DNA of 61,297 nucleotides, filler included, from Stramenopiles sp. TOSAG23-3 (Eukaryota): NCBI GenBank assembly GCA_900128585.1. It is 18 parts of 18 records of this genome, joined end to end, with 100 filler letters (N's around TTAATTAATTAA, not from the genome) between each part and the next. Parts side by side here need not be neighbours in the genome. Positions count along the whole stretch, not along the records: positions 34,175 to 37,484 come from LT644298.1; positions 37,585 to 40,894 come from LT644299.1; positions 40,995 to 44,303 come from LT644300.1; 15 more parts are not named here. One strand, 5' to 3'. Of this stretch, positions 34,075 through 44,403 are shown piece by piece; position 1 is the stretch's first letter; the number at the start of each line of letters is the position of its first letter. The notes beneath the pieces were generated by a model, which was not told where the DNA came from, did no database searches, and worked only from the letters and a program-made list of their open reading frames with translations. Made by a program: the position numbers and the translations under genes.

Positions 34075-34174
34075 NNNNNNNNNNNNNNNNNNNNNNNNNN
34101 NNNNNNNNNNNNNNNNNNTTAATTAATTAANNNNNNNNNNNNNNNNNNNNNNNNNNNNNNNNNNNNNNNNNNNN

Positions 34175-35236
34175 GTACCCTGTCAAATCCGGAATGGGGT
34201 GCGTAATGTCATCGTTGGGCATGGTCAGGATCGGAATCTGCGTGATGGACCCATTCCTTCCGGTCACCCGCCCTGCGCGCTCGTACAAAGTCGCCAAATC
34301 GGTGTACATGTACCCTGGGTAGCCACGGCGCCCTGGAACCTCCTCGCGGGCGGCACTAACCTCGCGAAGGGCGTCCGCATACGAACTCATGTCCGTCAAG
34401 ATGACGAGTACGTGCATTTCGCGCGTGTATGCCAGGTACTCTGCCGTCGTCAACGCTAGACGGGGGGTAATGATTCTTTCGATCGTTGGGTCGTTGGCCA
34501 AGTTCAAAAACAGAACCGTGTTCTCCATACTGCCCGTCTTCTCGAAGTCATCAACAAAAAATCGGGCCGTCTCCATGTTCACGCCCATGGCCCCGAAGAC
34601 AATCGCGAAATTGTCGGGGTGGTGGTCGGTGACACCCTTCCCTTCCACTAAGCCAGCCTGTCGCACAATTTGAGCACCGATTTCATTGTGGGGAAGACCG
34701 GCCGCAGAAAACAGTGGAATCTTCTGCCCACGAGCAATACTGTTCATGCAATCGATCGAGCTCAACCCCGTCTGTATCATTTCCTTCGGGTAGGTCCGAC
34801 TAAACGGGTTGATCGGCTGGCCTTGGATATCCAAATAGTCGGCCGCTATGATAGAGGGGGCTTTGTCGATTGGTTTTCCGCTTCCGTTGAACGTGCGGCC
34901 GAGCATTTCTTCGGAGATTGGCATCTTCAAGACATCTCCCGTGAATTCACAGTGTGTTCGGCGATTGTCGATCCCATGCGTTCCCTCGAAGACTTGCACT
35001 ACGGCACGGTTTCCTCGAATCTCCAACACCTGCCCGGTCCGCTTCTCGCCGTTCCCCAACGTCAAATTGACAATTTCAGCATACTTTGGGAACTTTACAT
35101 TGTCCAAAATTACGAGGGGGCCGTTCACCCCTGCAATTGTGCGATAATCCAGGCGTGGTTCAACTTGGTATTCACGCACCACTGCTGCGGCGTTAATATT
35201 AAACGCAGGCCCGTTCGGGTCTACCATCGAGGCCAT
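34175..35236 (-). CDS. VMA2: V-type H+-ATPase subunit B, 3'-partial
   Basis: Near-canonical segments [51 protein letters not shown] and [13 protein letters not shown]. Confidence 0.98.
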
Positions 35237-36083
35237 GGCTGGGAGTAACTATGAAGGAGGTGGGGGGTGGAGAGGGGCGGTCGTGGAGAGTGTAAAGGCT
35301 AGCGCGATAACGTCGTGGCCTAATTTATACCTTTTTCGTCTGGGACTGTGTATAAAACTGATAAAATTATACTTTTTAAGACGTGAGCTCGCGCGGAAGC
35401 CTGGTTTTATCTACATTCAATTTTTGTGGTTGGTTGATTGATTGATTGATTGACTATCATTCAGTTTTTCCAAATAATATTTTTTGCGCCAAAATAATAA
35501 AAAAAGATGAAGGAGCCTACCTCTACTTCTAATATTCATCATCATCACACATCACACACCATCATCAAATTAGAATTTTACATTAAATCATATTACCAAT
35601 ATAATGAAGCTAATAATTAGTTATAAGCAAATAAGAAGTCTTTTCTTTTTTTAAGATGATAAAAATCTTCTTTTTCTTTCTGTGCGCTCTTTGCTGCTAC
35701 CCATAGCTTGATGCTCTTCCTTCTTCGTTCGTTCTGCTTCTTCTTCTTCTACCAAGGTACTACTTGATGTTTTTATTATTATTATCTAATTATTTTATTC
35801 TTTATGCTGTGGTGATATTATAGTCGTCAATATTATAAAATAATAATAATTAATTTTTACTTTATTACTGTATTATTAATAATAAAAAAAGCGAAGACAC
35901 TTGAACTAGCAGGAGGAACTACGGAGGACGGACGGAGAACAGAGAATTGATAGGTAAAATATGTATTACTTTACTAGTTTTTTGTCGTATTGTATAAAAA
36001 AGAATAAACTCAACTCCAACACACAGCGCCACCATTATATTCGATTTGATAGGGTACATACATGTATTTACTGCTTGTACTTA

Positions 36084-37460
36084 TTACAGAAATGGATATT
36101 TTTGTTTCAACAGTTTTCGCATCGACGCAATGTCTTCAATTCCCCGCTTCTTCATTTCTTTCAAAATATCATCCACCCGAGAGATTTTCTGTTTGAAAAA
36201 ATTCGCGGCGTTTATGTACCTTTTCTTTAGGGTTTCCAGGCCAACGATATCTTCTTTGCCGACCTGCGTGTTCGAGGCCGTTTCCATAAGGGTAACCTCG
36301 TTCGTGGACCCAATAACATGCCGACACTTCGGCAACGGTTCGGATGAATGGTTGAAGCTCGCATGCTCGTCTGATGTGTCCCTGTGTATATGCATTGTGG
36401 TCCGTGGTGGTATGTTATAAAATGTCTTTGATGCTGTTGCAGACCATACCACTCGAATGCGGTGAAGGGTGTTTGCCGTACCACGGAGGCCGAGGCCGAA
36501 GTGCGCAGCAGATTGCGATTGGCCAAGAAACGCTGACTGTGAACCAATCTCCTGGATTTGCTCCGTTCCACCACTGCTCTCGGGGCTGCTGTCGCTCATG
36601 AGGTACACTTTTGCGCCGATGCTTTCCCTGCCGCTCTTTTCATAAACATAAACCCTAAGATAGTCGTAGTAGTTTCCGCCGTCGTTTCGGTAAAACGACG
36701 GCGTCGAAGCGTGGTTGATGACAAGGACGTCGAGGTCGCCGTCATTGTCGTAATCTAATGTCATTGCCCCCCTGTTCTCCGCCGTGCTTGCAATGCCTCG
36801 CATCTCTGCCTCATCATGCATGCGGAATTTCCCTTCCGCGCCTTGGTTTACGTACAATTTCATCTTTTGGTGGGCCGCCCAGTCGTCGTCCGTTGTCTCG
36901 GGGTCGTCCATGCCGTTCCCATTCAACACGTCCATGTCCCCGTCATTATCGAAATCAAAGAAAAACGCACCCCAACCCCACCCGCTCTCTCTAATACCGA
37001 CAAACTCCGTGACATCTTCAAACAATCGGTTTCCGATGTTGCGGTACAAATGGTTTCCTCGAAACGACAGTATCATCCCTGCGGTTGCAGCGACCTCGTT
37101 CAACGTTCGTAAATCCGACTCGGATATCGACGTCGATGTGAACATCACATCGATCTTCCCATCTGCATCCCAATCGCCCGTAGTCGCCCCCATTGAGTTG
37201 TCCAGCAAATCTTCGACTAGGTCAAAAAAACCGGTCGTAAAAGTCCCGTTGCCGTTGTTCCAAAAGATTTCTGAAGTCCCAAAATCTCCACTTATAATTA
37301 AATCTGGGTGGTGGTCCTCGTTGAGATCGGACCAAATTGCGCTGAACTGAAACGCTCCCACCAGAGGGAAGGAAAGGAGGTGGTTCATCTTGCGCTTTCC
37401 CTCTTGGTGCTCCCTCAAGTTTGTCGCCTCTTTGTTTCTGCTGTTTCCGTAAATTTTGAG
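36084..37460 (-). CDS. CRTAC1-like FG-GAP / ASPIC-UnbV protein, last exon(s), 5'-partial
   Basis: FG-GAP repeats GDWDADGKID, FDFDNDGDMD and LDYDNDGDLD, followed by IGAKV...SAFLGQSQSAAHFGLG (ASPIC/UnbV). The in-frame TAG just upstream looks like a splice acceptor (CATAG). Confidence 0.88.
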   Translation of the reverse strand, partial: LKIYGNSRNKEATNLREHQEGKRKMNHLLSFPLVGAFQFSAIWSDLNEDHHPDLIISGDFGTSEIFWNNGNGTFTTGFFDLVEDLLDNSMGATTGDWDADGKIDVMFTSTSISESDLRTLNEVAATAGMILSFRGNHLYRNIGNRLFEDVTEFVGIRESGWGWGAFFFDFDNDGDMDVLNGNGMDDPETTDDDWAAHQKMKLYVNQGAEGKFRMHDEAEMRGIASTAENRGAMTLDYDNDGDLDVLVINHASTPSFYRNDGGNYYDYLRVYVYEKSGRESIGAKVYLMSDSSPESSGGTEQIQEIGSQSAFLGQSQSAAHFGLGLRGTANTLHRIRVVWSATASKTFYNIPPRTTMHIHRDTSDEHASFNHSSEPLPKCRHVIGSTNEVTLMETASNTQVGKEDIVGLETLKKRYINAANFFKQKISRVDDILKEMKKRGIEDIASMRKLLKQKYPFL

Positions 37461-37900
37461 CTATGCGTTTCTTTTCTATGGTATNNNNNNNNNNNNNNNN
37501 NNNNNNNNNNNNNNNNNNNNNNNNNNNNTTAATTAATTAANNNNNNNNNNNNNNNNNNNNNNNNNNNNNNNNNNNNNNNNNNNNGCGTTTAGTAAAAACA
37601 ATAATTTGCTGCCTCGCTACGCTCATCACAGGGTCTGAAGCCCGCGCACACTAACAACATACGGACACCATTGCAAAGCCATGTTTTTCCAGTCTTGGCG
37701 GTCCCCCAATCGACTGGCATCGCGAGGGAATCAAGGACGGAGAAACGTTTACTCAAGCAATGATGCGTGAACTGAAGTGCGAAGGAAAGAACCAAGCAAA
37801 GCATCGCACCTTTTTTATGTATATAAGAGAAACAAAAGTAATCACGCTATTTTGTTATTGTAATAAATTGTATGTTGACGCGACAGTCCAGCGAGGTCAT

Positions 37901-38362
37901 TTACTCGCGCTCGGCACGGCGTCCACGGCCAAAGCCACGGTCTCCGCCATCGCCACCACGTCTGTACCCTCCGCGTTCGCCACGATCGCCACGATCGCCA
38001 CCGCGCTTGAAATCTCCGCCACGTCGGCCTTCGTAGTCTCCGTCACGTCCACCGCGTCCAGCTGGTGCTTTTGGTGCGCCCTTGGTCAAGGTTGCTGGCT
38101 GTACTTCCGCAGGGATGTGTAAATATTCACGCAGGTACTCGATGCCTTCGTCGTTCAAGTAGTAGTAGTTATACCTCCAATTATAAGTGTGGCGAACAAG
38201 TCCACGGCTAACAAAACTTTTCATTAGCCCAAGAACTTCTACGTTTGGAATATCCCCTTCGATCCTCGGGTGTTTGTTTACAACATCCTTCTTGGCAACT
38301 AATACACCTTCTTTGAAAAGGTATGAATATACGGCGATTCGGTTCTTCTTTGGTACAATCAT
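37901..38362 (-). CDS. RPS10: 40S ribosomal protein S10 (eS10)
   Basis: MIVPKKNR..YLFKEGVLVAKKD..YYYLNDEGIEYLREYLHIP..VQPATL with an RGG-rich tail. Confidence 0.97.
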   Translation of the reverse strand: MIVPKKNRIAVYSYLFKEGVLVAKKDVVNKHPRIEGDIPNVEVLGLMKSFVSRGLVRHTYNWRYNYYYLNDEGIEYLREYLHIPAEVQPATLTKGAPKAPAGRGGRDGDYEGRRGGDFKRGGDRGDRGERGGYRRGGDGGDRGFGRGRRAERE

Positions 38363-39802
38363 CTTGTCGTTTTGTGTAACTTACTGTGTTGTGGTTTGCA
38401 GTTTAAATATAAATTGTAATTCTTCTTCAGAATTGATAGCCTGGAAAATTGGAAAACATTTGTTTATACTCATCGTCAACGGCAGAAACCTATTCCATTC
38501 AACTCCTGAAGCGTGTCCCAACACTTCCTTCTAATGGACTCACTCTTTTGAGAAGAAGAAAGATGGAGTGCTGCTGCTCCTTTGCTCAATTGAATAATCG
38601 GTGGTATTTTTAGTATTAATTAACATTGGATTACTATACGTATTTCTCCCTTGTATTCCATAGTAAATCCTTTCTTCTTTTGAGATACATGCTATTCAAT
38701 GTAATTCAGTGAATGGTTCGAGACGAAATTGTGATCTATAGGTCTACAGGAGGCAATTAATTCTATTTCCTTTCTCCAGCCGAGTCGGCAAAGGAGATTT
38801 ATATTAAGTATAAATAAATTGTAGTGTATTTTAATAAATACCTATTTGTTAAAATTGGGATGATATTTTAAAGGGCCATCAAGGCTCATCAAAGCGAAAA
38901 TGGTATCGAATTTCATGTGAAATACAGCAACTTATCATATTTTAACATAGAGATAGAATAGAAAAAAAAGAAAATGGTTTCTTTTATAAAGTAAGGATTT
39001 AAAATTAAAATTAAAATCTTCCAACAGTCTTCCATCCAACAAAATAGTGTTGTGTATTTTTTATATACATTATCTATTTATATATAAATAGTTTAAATTA
39101 TATTTAAAAGGGAATATATTGATTGATATAAATTGGATCATATTTACTTTCCCTTAATTAATATAAACTGGATTCTTTCTTCTTTTCCACTAAATGACTG
39201 GTTGTCATTTGATATCCTATGCTATGTTCATATATATTCATTTTATTTTCATTCTATTCTTATATTACTCAAAATAAAATCAATCTTTTTATTATTAACA
39301 TCGACACAATATAGACAACCAATATGAACCATTGAAAGTATCATAAATTAAACCAATCCTAATTCTATGGTAGAATACATATAATATATAAATAATAGGG
39401 AAACAATAGAAAATTAACTACTAGCCCCTATATGATGATAGGATAGATTAAATTACTAGGAGAATACCGAAGGAACCAATATACAATTACACAATAAGGG
39501 CTTCATGCTATTCTATGTACATAATGATAGATTAGCTGTTTACTCCCTATGACATATATAATAATAATAATCAATGAAGGAAGGGATAGAAGGAACATAA
39601 TGGCAACAAATGAAGAAGGAATAAAAAGCAAATGAAGGAATGGAAACGAAGTGAGAGATGGGTTGAAGGAGTGTGTGTACGTGTCGTCGTTACGGCATGA
39701 AAGAAAAGAAACATTTAAAGACTCACCGGAAAACGTTTACATTAATCTAAATTAGTAGCACATTGAAGCAGAAGCAATTTTTAAGAAACACATTTTTACA
39801 AT

Positions 39803-40429
39803 ATGGGTATTTGCAGAGACAGTCGCCACAAACGCCGTGAAACCGGTGGTCGCCGGAAGATTCACATAAAGAAGCGCAAGTTCGAACTTGGTCGCCCAAG
39901 TGCCAACACCAAGCTTACTCCAGGAGACAAACGTGTCCGAGTTGTTCGCGCTCGTGGTGGAAACCTTAAGTACCGTGCCCTTCGATTGGAAACGGGAAAC
40001 TTTAGTTGGGGTTCGGAAGTCTGCACCCGCAAAACCCGTATCCTCGGTGTTGTTTATAACGCGTCCAACAACGAGTTGGTCCGTACCAACACTTTGGTAA
40101 AAGGCTGCATCGTTCAAGTAGATGCCACACCATTCAAGCAATGGTTCGAACAATACTACGCAACCAAAATCAAAGAGAACGGGAAATTGGCCAATGCCGA
40201 GCCAGAAGGAAAGAAGAGCAAGCACTCACTTCGCAACATGAAAAACCGCCAAAAGAACCGTGACGTTGCCCAAACCATGATCGAACAACTTAACGCCGGT
40301 CGTTTCTTGGCAGCTATCTCCTCCCGACCAGGACAATCCGGTCGTGCCGACGGTTACCTTCTTGAAGGTAAAGAATACGAGTTTTATTCAAGACAAATGA
40401 ACCAGAAGAAGGGAAAGAAGAAAGCCTAA
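39803..40429 (+). CDS. RPS8: 40S ribosomal protein S8 (eS8)
   Basis: [54 protein letters not shown]. Confidence 0.98.
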   Translation: MGICRDSRHKRRETGGRRKIHIKKRKFELGRPSANTKLTPGDKRVRVVRARGGNLKYRALRLETGNFSWGSEVCTRKTRILGVVYNASNNELVRTNTLVKGCIVQVDATPFKQWFEQYYATKIKENGKLANAEPEGKKSKHSLRNMKNRQKNRDVAQTMIEQLNAGRFLAAISSRPGQSGRADGYLLEGKEYEFYSRQMNQKKGKKKA

Positions 40430-41271
40430 GCGCCTGTGATCAGGAGTGCCCCACCCTACCCGCTGATGGGTCGCCGATGCTACGCCGCCTTTCGAACAAC
40501 GGCGGTGGAACAGACGTGAGCATTGTTGTGGTTCTCGGGGTGCACCATTGCGAAAGTAAATACATTTGCACTTACTCGTTTATTTTTATTACATTATCTG
40601 TTTATGTACGTTACTTCTCCACCCCCCAAGCTGAACGTTTAAGTAAGGGGCAAGCCCCATTTGTCAGCTCTTACCTCTCTACTTTGGATAGACGCAGCCA
40701 GTGAGTAATATACGACCTTTTAAGGGTTGGCACTGTCCGACTCCGCCTTCAGCTTTAGCAAAAATGTTGGTATTCAAAAGAGCTGAGAACTTTACGTTCG
40801 CATTCGATGGGAATATTTCAGATTCATAGATTTTATCAGAGCAATTTAAGACACAAACACTTATCTTTTTTTCTATTAATTAAAAAGATCGTATNNNNNN
40901 NNNNNNNNNNNNNNNNNNNNNNNNNNNNNNNNNNNNNNTTAATTAATTAANNNNNNNNNNNNNNNNNNNNNNNNNNNNNNNNNNNNNNNNNNNNTTTTTG
41001 TTTCTTCTTCTGCTTTTTCTATAAAACTATACACTATTGTATTTTTTAATCCTCTTCATTCAGAAATTCCTTGTGGTTGTTTTGTTTGTTCCTTCTGTAT
41101 ATAATCAAAAAGGATTAAATGATGTTAAGACAAAACATTTTTGAACAGTTGATTAACATCTTCAGGCAATTCATTTTATTATTATAGAAATCATTTGTTT
41201 TGTTCTTCCACTGCTTTGACTCACACGGTGTTGAACTGATTCGTCCTTTAACTTCTTAACTTTCCCCCAAG

Positions 41272-42174
41272 ATGAAGCTAACAGCTGCCCTTTTCTTTGC
41301 GCTCCTTTGCGTCGGAGCTTCGGCTTCGGGAAACCAATGCTGCTTTCCTGGTGTTTGTTGCGTGAACAACAGAAACGGTGAAGATATATACGAGTGTTCC
41401 AGAACCTCAACCAGCTGTATGTTTGGGAGGAAAGCGATTACTAGAGTCCGGTGTGGGGATGGTAACAACGGTCACATCTGCGCGGCCCCAGCCAAAAACG
41501 GAGAGTCGTGCATGGTCGAGGATAAATCGAATGGCCTTCTTTGCGAGAGCTTACGCTGCGTAAATGGGCTGTGCAAAGACTCTGGTGCTGCCCATGTCCA
41601 AGCTACGGGCATCGTAGGCAGCGTGATGGGGTTCCTATGCTGCATTGCGTGCGGTGTCGGCTTGTACTTTGCGTTTCGACAAAAAAACAAAACCACCTAC
41701 GTGCAGGTACCAAACCAGCACATGATGACTCCCCCTGCTGTTGCCTACACTCCCCCAGTGGTACACCAACAACAAGCACCGGTCGTTTACGGCCAACAAC
41801 CTCAACCAGGTATGTATGGACAGTACGGTCATCCGCAAGCGATGTCCGCCCAGCAACCGCCGATGGTACAAGTCCAGCAAAAACCAAATGCGCACACCCA
41901 GCAAGCGCAAGCGTTCCACGCACCCGCTGGTCATCAGCCGATAATGGCGCCGCAAATGCAAGTGTCACAACAACCGCAAGTGTCACAACAACCGCAAGTG
42001 CGACAACCAAATATCCAAACGGTAACGGTGCCACCTGGATATGGCGAGGGGCAAAAGAAAAAGATCATTAAGCTGAAATTCAACGGGATTGAGCATAAAA
42101 TCAAAATCCCGGAAGGCAAGGGTCCTGGTAACACGTTTGCTGTTAACCTAGATTTGTTGCCAAGAAGCAAGTAA
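41272..42174 (+). CDS. Single-pass membrane protein with a Cys-rich ectodomain and Pro/Gln-rich tail
   Basis: Signal peptide, Cys-rich domain, TM (GIVGSVMGFLCCIACGVGLYFAF), P/Q-rich region and a C-terminal VTVPPG..IPEG.GPG module. Confidence 0.82.
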   Translation: MKLTAALFFALLCVGASASGNQCCFPGVCCVNNRNGEDIYECSRTSTSCMFGRKAITRVRCGDGNNGHICAAPAKNGESCMVEDKSNGLLCESLRCVNGLCKDSGAAHVQATGIVGSVMGFLCCIACGVGLYFAFRQKNKTTYVQVPNQHMMTPPAVAYTPPVVHQQQAPVVYGQQPQPGMYGQYGHPQAMSAQQPPMVQVQQKPNAHTQQAQAFHAPAGHQPIMAPQMQVSQQPQVSQQPQVRQPNIQTVTVPPGYGEGQKKKIIKLKFNGIEHKIKIPEGKGPGNTFAVNLDLLPRSK

Positions 42175-42565
42175 TTGCGGGTTGCAATGGCATTAAATCG
42201 CAAGAACCAAGTCGAAAAGAAAAGGTGTGTAATGTACCTTACTGCGCCTTTTAAAAAAATGTGAAAATAACCGTTGTGGCGTGCTTCGTGCGAACGAACG
42301 TGCAGTTTATTTTAACCTCTTCTGCTCTCTTGTTGTTTAAGAATTGTTTTAAACAAAAAATTGGCTGTTATTTAAGTAATTAAAATGTTCTTGTTTAAGA
42401 ATTTAAAATGTTCTCGTAAATCGAACGGCCCGAAATGGTCCAAGGCCGGGAAAGGGTGGAGATTTTAGAATCTTAGTTCAGCTCATAATTTTTATTCAAT
42501 CAAGAGTTTGGATTTTTTAAAAGGAACACTAAAAGAATACACGAAACTCTCTCTTAAAATTAATT

Positions 42566-44008
42566 TTACCGCAATGCGGCCAACTTTTTCCCAAGCCGAT
42601 CTCGCACACTCAAAACGCTCTTTAACGCGTCCTCTTTATGGCTGTAGTGCGGTTCATCGTCTGCGAGTAGAAAATAAGAGTGTGGCATGTTGGACGGGGA
42701 GTCCGCATACTTTGACTCAAACTCGGATCTGGCCGGCTCGTCTACGTGTATTGCGAGGGCGCTGTTCCGATTTTCCCCCTTGTGCCTGTTGCTAAAGGAA
42801 GACGGTGATTCGTGTCCTTCAGTCGGCGTGCGGTTCTGCAAAGCGGGAAAACGTTTCTTTGGCGTCCTTGTTTTCTTTCCGCTGCTTTTTGGGTTCTCTT
42901 TTCCTACACGGTCGTGCTCGTCTATTTCTGCTTCAAAACCTTTTCGAATGAGCTTCTTAAACTCTATGTTGTTGTCCAGCAGGTTGGAAATTCGTTTCTG
43001 TGGAATGTTTCGCCCAGTCCTCAACCTCGTGTTCACTATCGGATAACGAAGCGGAATGTCCTCCCCAATCGTCATTCCTTTCGACCCGCCCAAACCGTCC
43101 TGGGCTTTGAACTCAATCCTGCTGAGATTCATCCACTGGCTGTCCTTATACCCAGGGGGCGGAATATCGAATTCGAATTTTATCAAGTGCTCTTTTCCGC
43201 GTTTTCTGGAGTTGATCTTTTTTCGGCCGTAATCGTATTGGACAATGGTCGCGTCGGTCCAGTTTCCCGTTTTGTACCCCAAGTTTGGAAGCTTGATTTG
43301 AATTCGGCAGCCTTCGTGCAACTCGTCCCACCATGCGATCCTTTTTCCCCTCCAGTAAACCGCGCCGCGCTTCTTCCCCTCGCTCGTTTCTTGCACCGTG
43401 CCGTACCCGTGCATTTCGCCGTGGACGAACTCGCCGGTGTAAGTTTTTCCAGTCGAGTAGTGGAACTCCCCCCACCCATGCATTTTACCGTGCAGCCATT
43501 CGCCTTTGTACTCTAAATCGTTCCCAGGCCGCCAGAATTCCCCTTCGCCGTGAGGAGTATGGTGGAAATCTCTCGGGTCCGTTTTAAAAGGGTTTGTCTC
43601 TACGCCATCCTCCAGGAAATCCCCGAAATAGTAGGAACCAGACTCGTACCATCGAGTCTTTCGCCTCCGCTCGGCCTTTTCACGGGCGGCCTCTTCGCGA
43701 ATGCGCCGCCACTCGGCCTTTTGTGCCTCCCTCTTCCTTCGTTTCTCCTCTTCGATCGCAGCTTTTTCCGCGGCCTCCCGCGCTTTTACCGCCTTTGCAA
43801 AAGCCTCCGCTTCCTGCTCCTGCTTCAGCATTCGCTTGTAATAGACTATTCCTGCCTTTTTCCATGCCGCATGCCGCTTCTCTTTTTCTACGCGCTCTTT
43901 CTCCTCCTGTATCTTGCGCGCTTCTTCCTCTTTTTTGTCCCGCTCTTCCTTTTCCCGTCGTTGGATCTCCGCCTCGAACTCCTTGATTTTGTTCAGATCG
44001 AAAGACAT
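42566..44008 (-). CDS. MORN-repeat protein with an N-terminal E/K/R helix
   Basis: YKGEWLHGKMHGWG, YTGEFVHGEMHGYG and YFGDF..PHGEG. First ATG is at 44008. Confidence 0.88.
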   Translation of the reverse strand: MSFDLNKIKEFEAEIQRREKEERDKKEEEARKIQEEKERVEKEKRHAAWKKAGIVYYKRMLKQEQEAEAFAKAVKAREAAEKAAIEEEKRRKREAQKAEWRRIREEAAREKAERRRKTRWYESGSYYFGDFLEDGVETNPFKTDPRDFHHTPHGEGEFWRPGNDLEYKGEWLHGKMHGWGEFHYSTGKTYTGEFVHGEMHGYGTVQETSEGKKRGAVYWRGKRIAWWDELHEGCRIQIKLPNLGYKTGNWTDATIVQYDYGRKKINSRKRGKEHLIKFEFDIPPPGYKDSQWMNLSRIEFKAQDGLGGSKGMTIGEDIPLRYPIVNTRLRTGRNIPQKRISNLLDNNIEFKKLIRKGFEAEIDEHDRVGKENPKSSGKKTRTPKKRFPALQNRTPTEGHESPSSFSNRHKGENRNSALAIHVDEPARSEFESKYADSPSNMPHSYFLLADDEPHYSHKEDALKSVLSVRDRLGKKLAALR

Positions 44009-44254
44009 CCTGCCCAATGTTTGATGGATGGTTTTGTTTTAACTTCTCCGTTCCATTGTGAGATAATTTATTTGGCATTTTTTGGAACACACTGTATATC
44101 TATAGAAAGGAGTTAAGAAAGGTATCATATCTATATTCATATACAAATGGGTAAAAATAATAATAATAATTCTAATTTTTTTACCAACGACTCTGCCTGA
44201 TACAAATGCTGTGTATATGTACGAGGATATTAGATTAATAAAAAAATGAAAATG

Positions 44255-44302
<48 letters not shown>

Positions 44303-44403
44303 ANNNNNNNNNNNNNNNNNNNNNNNNNNNNNNNNNNNNNNNNNNNNTTAATTAATTAANNNNNNNNNNNNNNNNNNNNNNNNNNNNNNNNNNNNNNNNN
44401 NNN

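Noticed and set aside
37679-37800. Nudix-box-like peptide EGIKDGETFTQAMMRELKCEG
   Set aside because: It lacks the canonical first Gly and the EExG ending, and the frame runs on antisense through RPS10. It is more likely chance or another frame of an unknown terminal exon.
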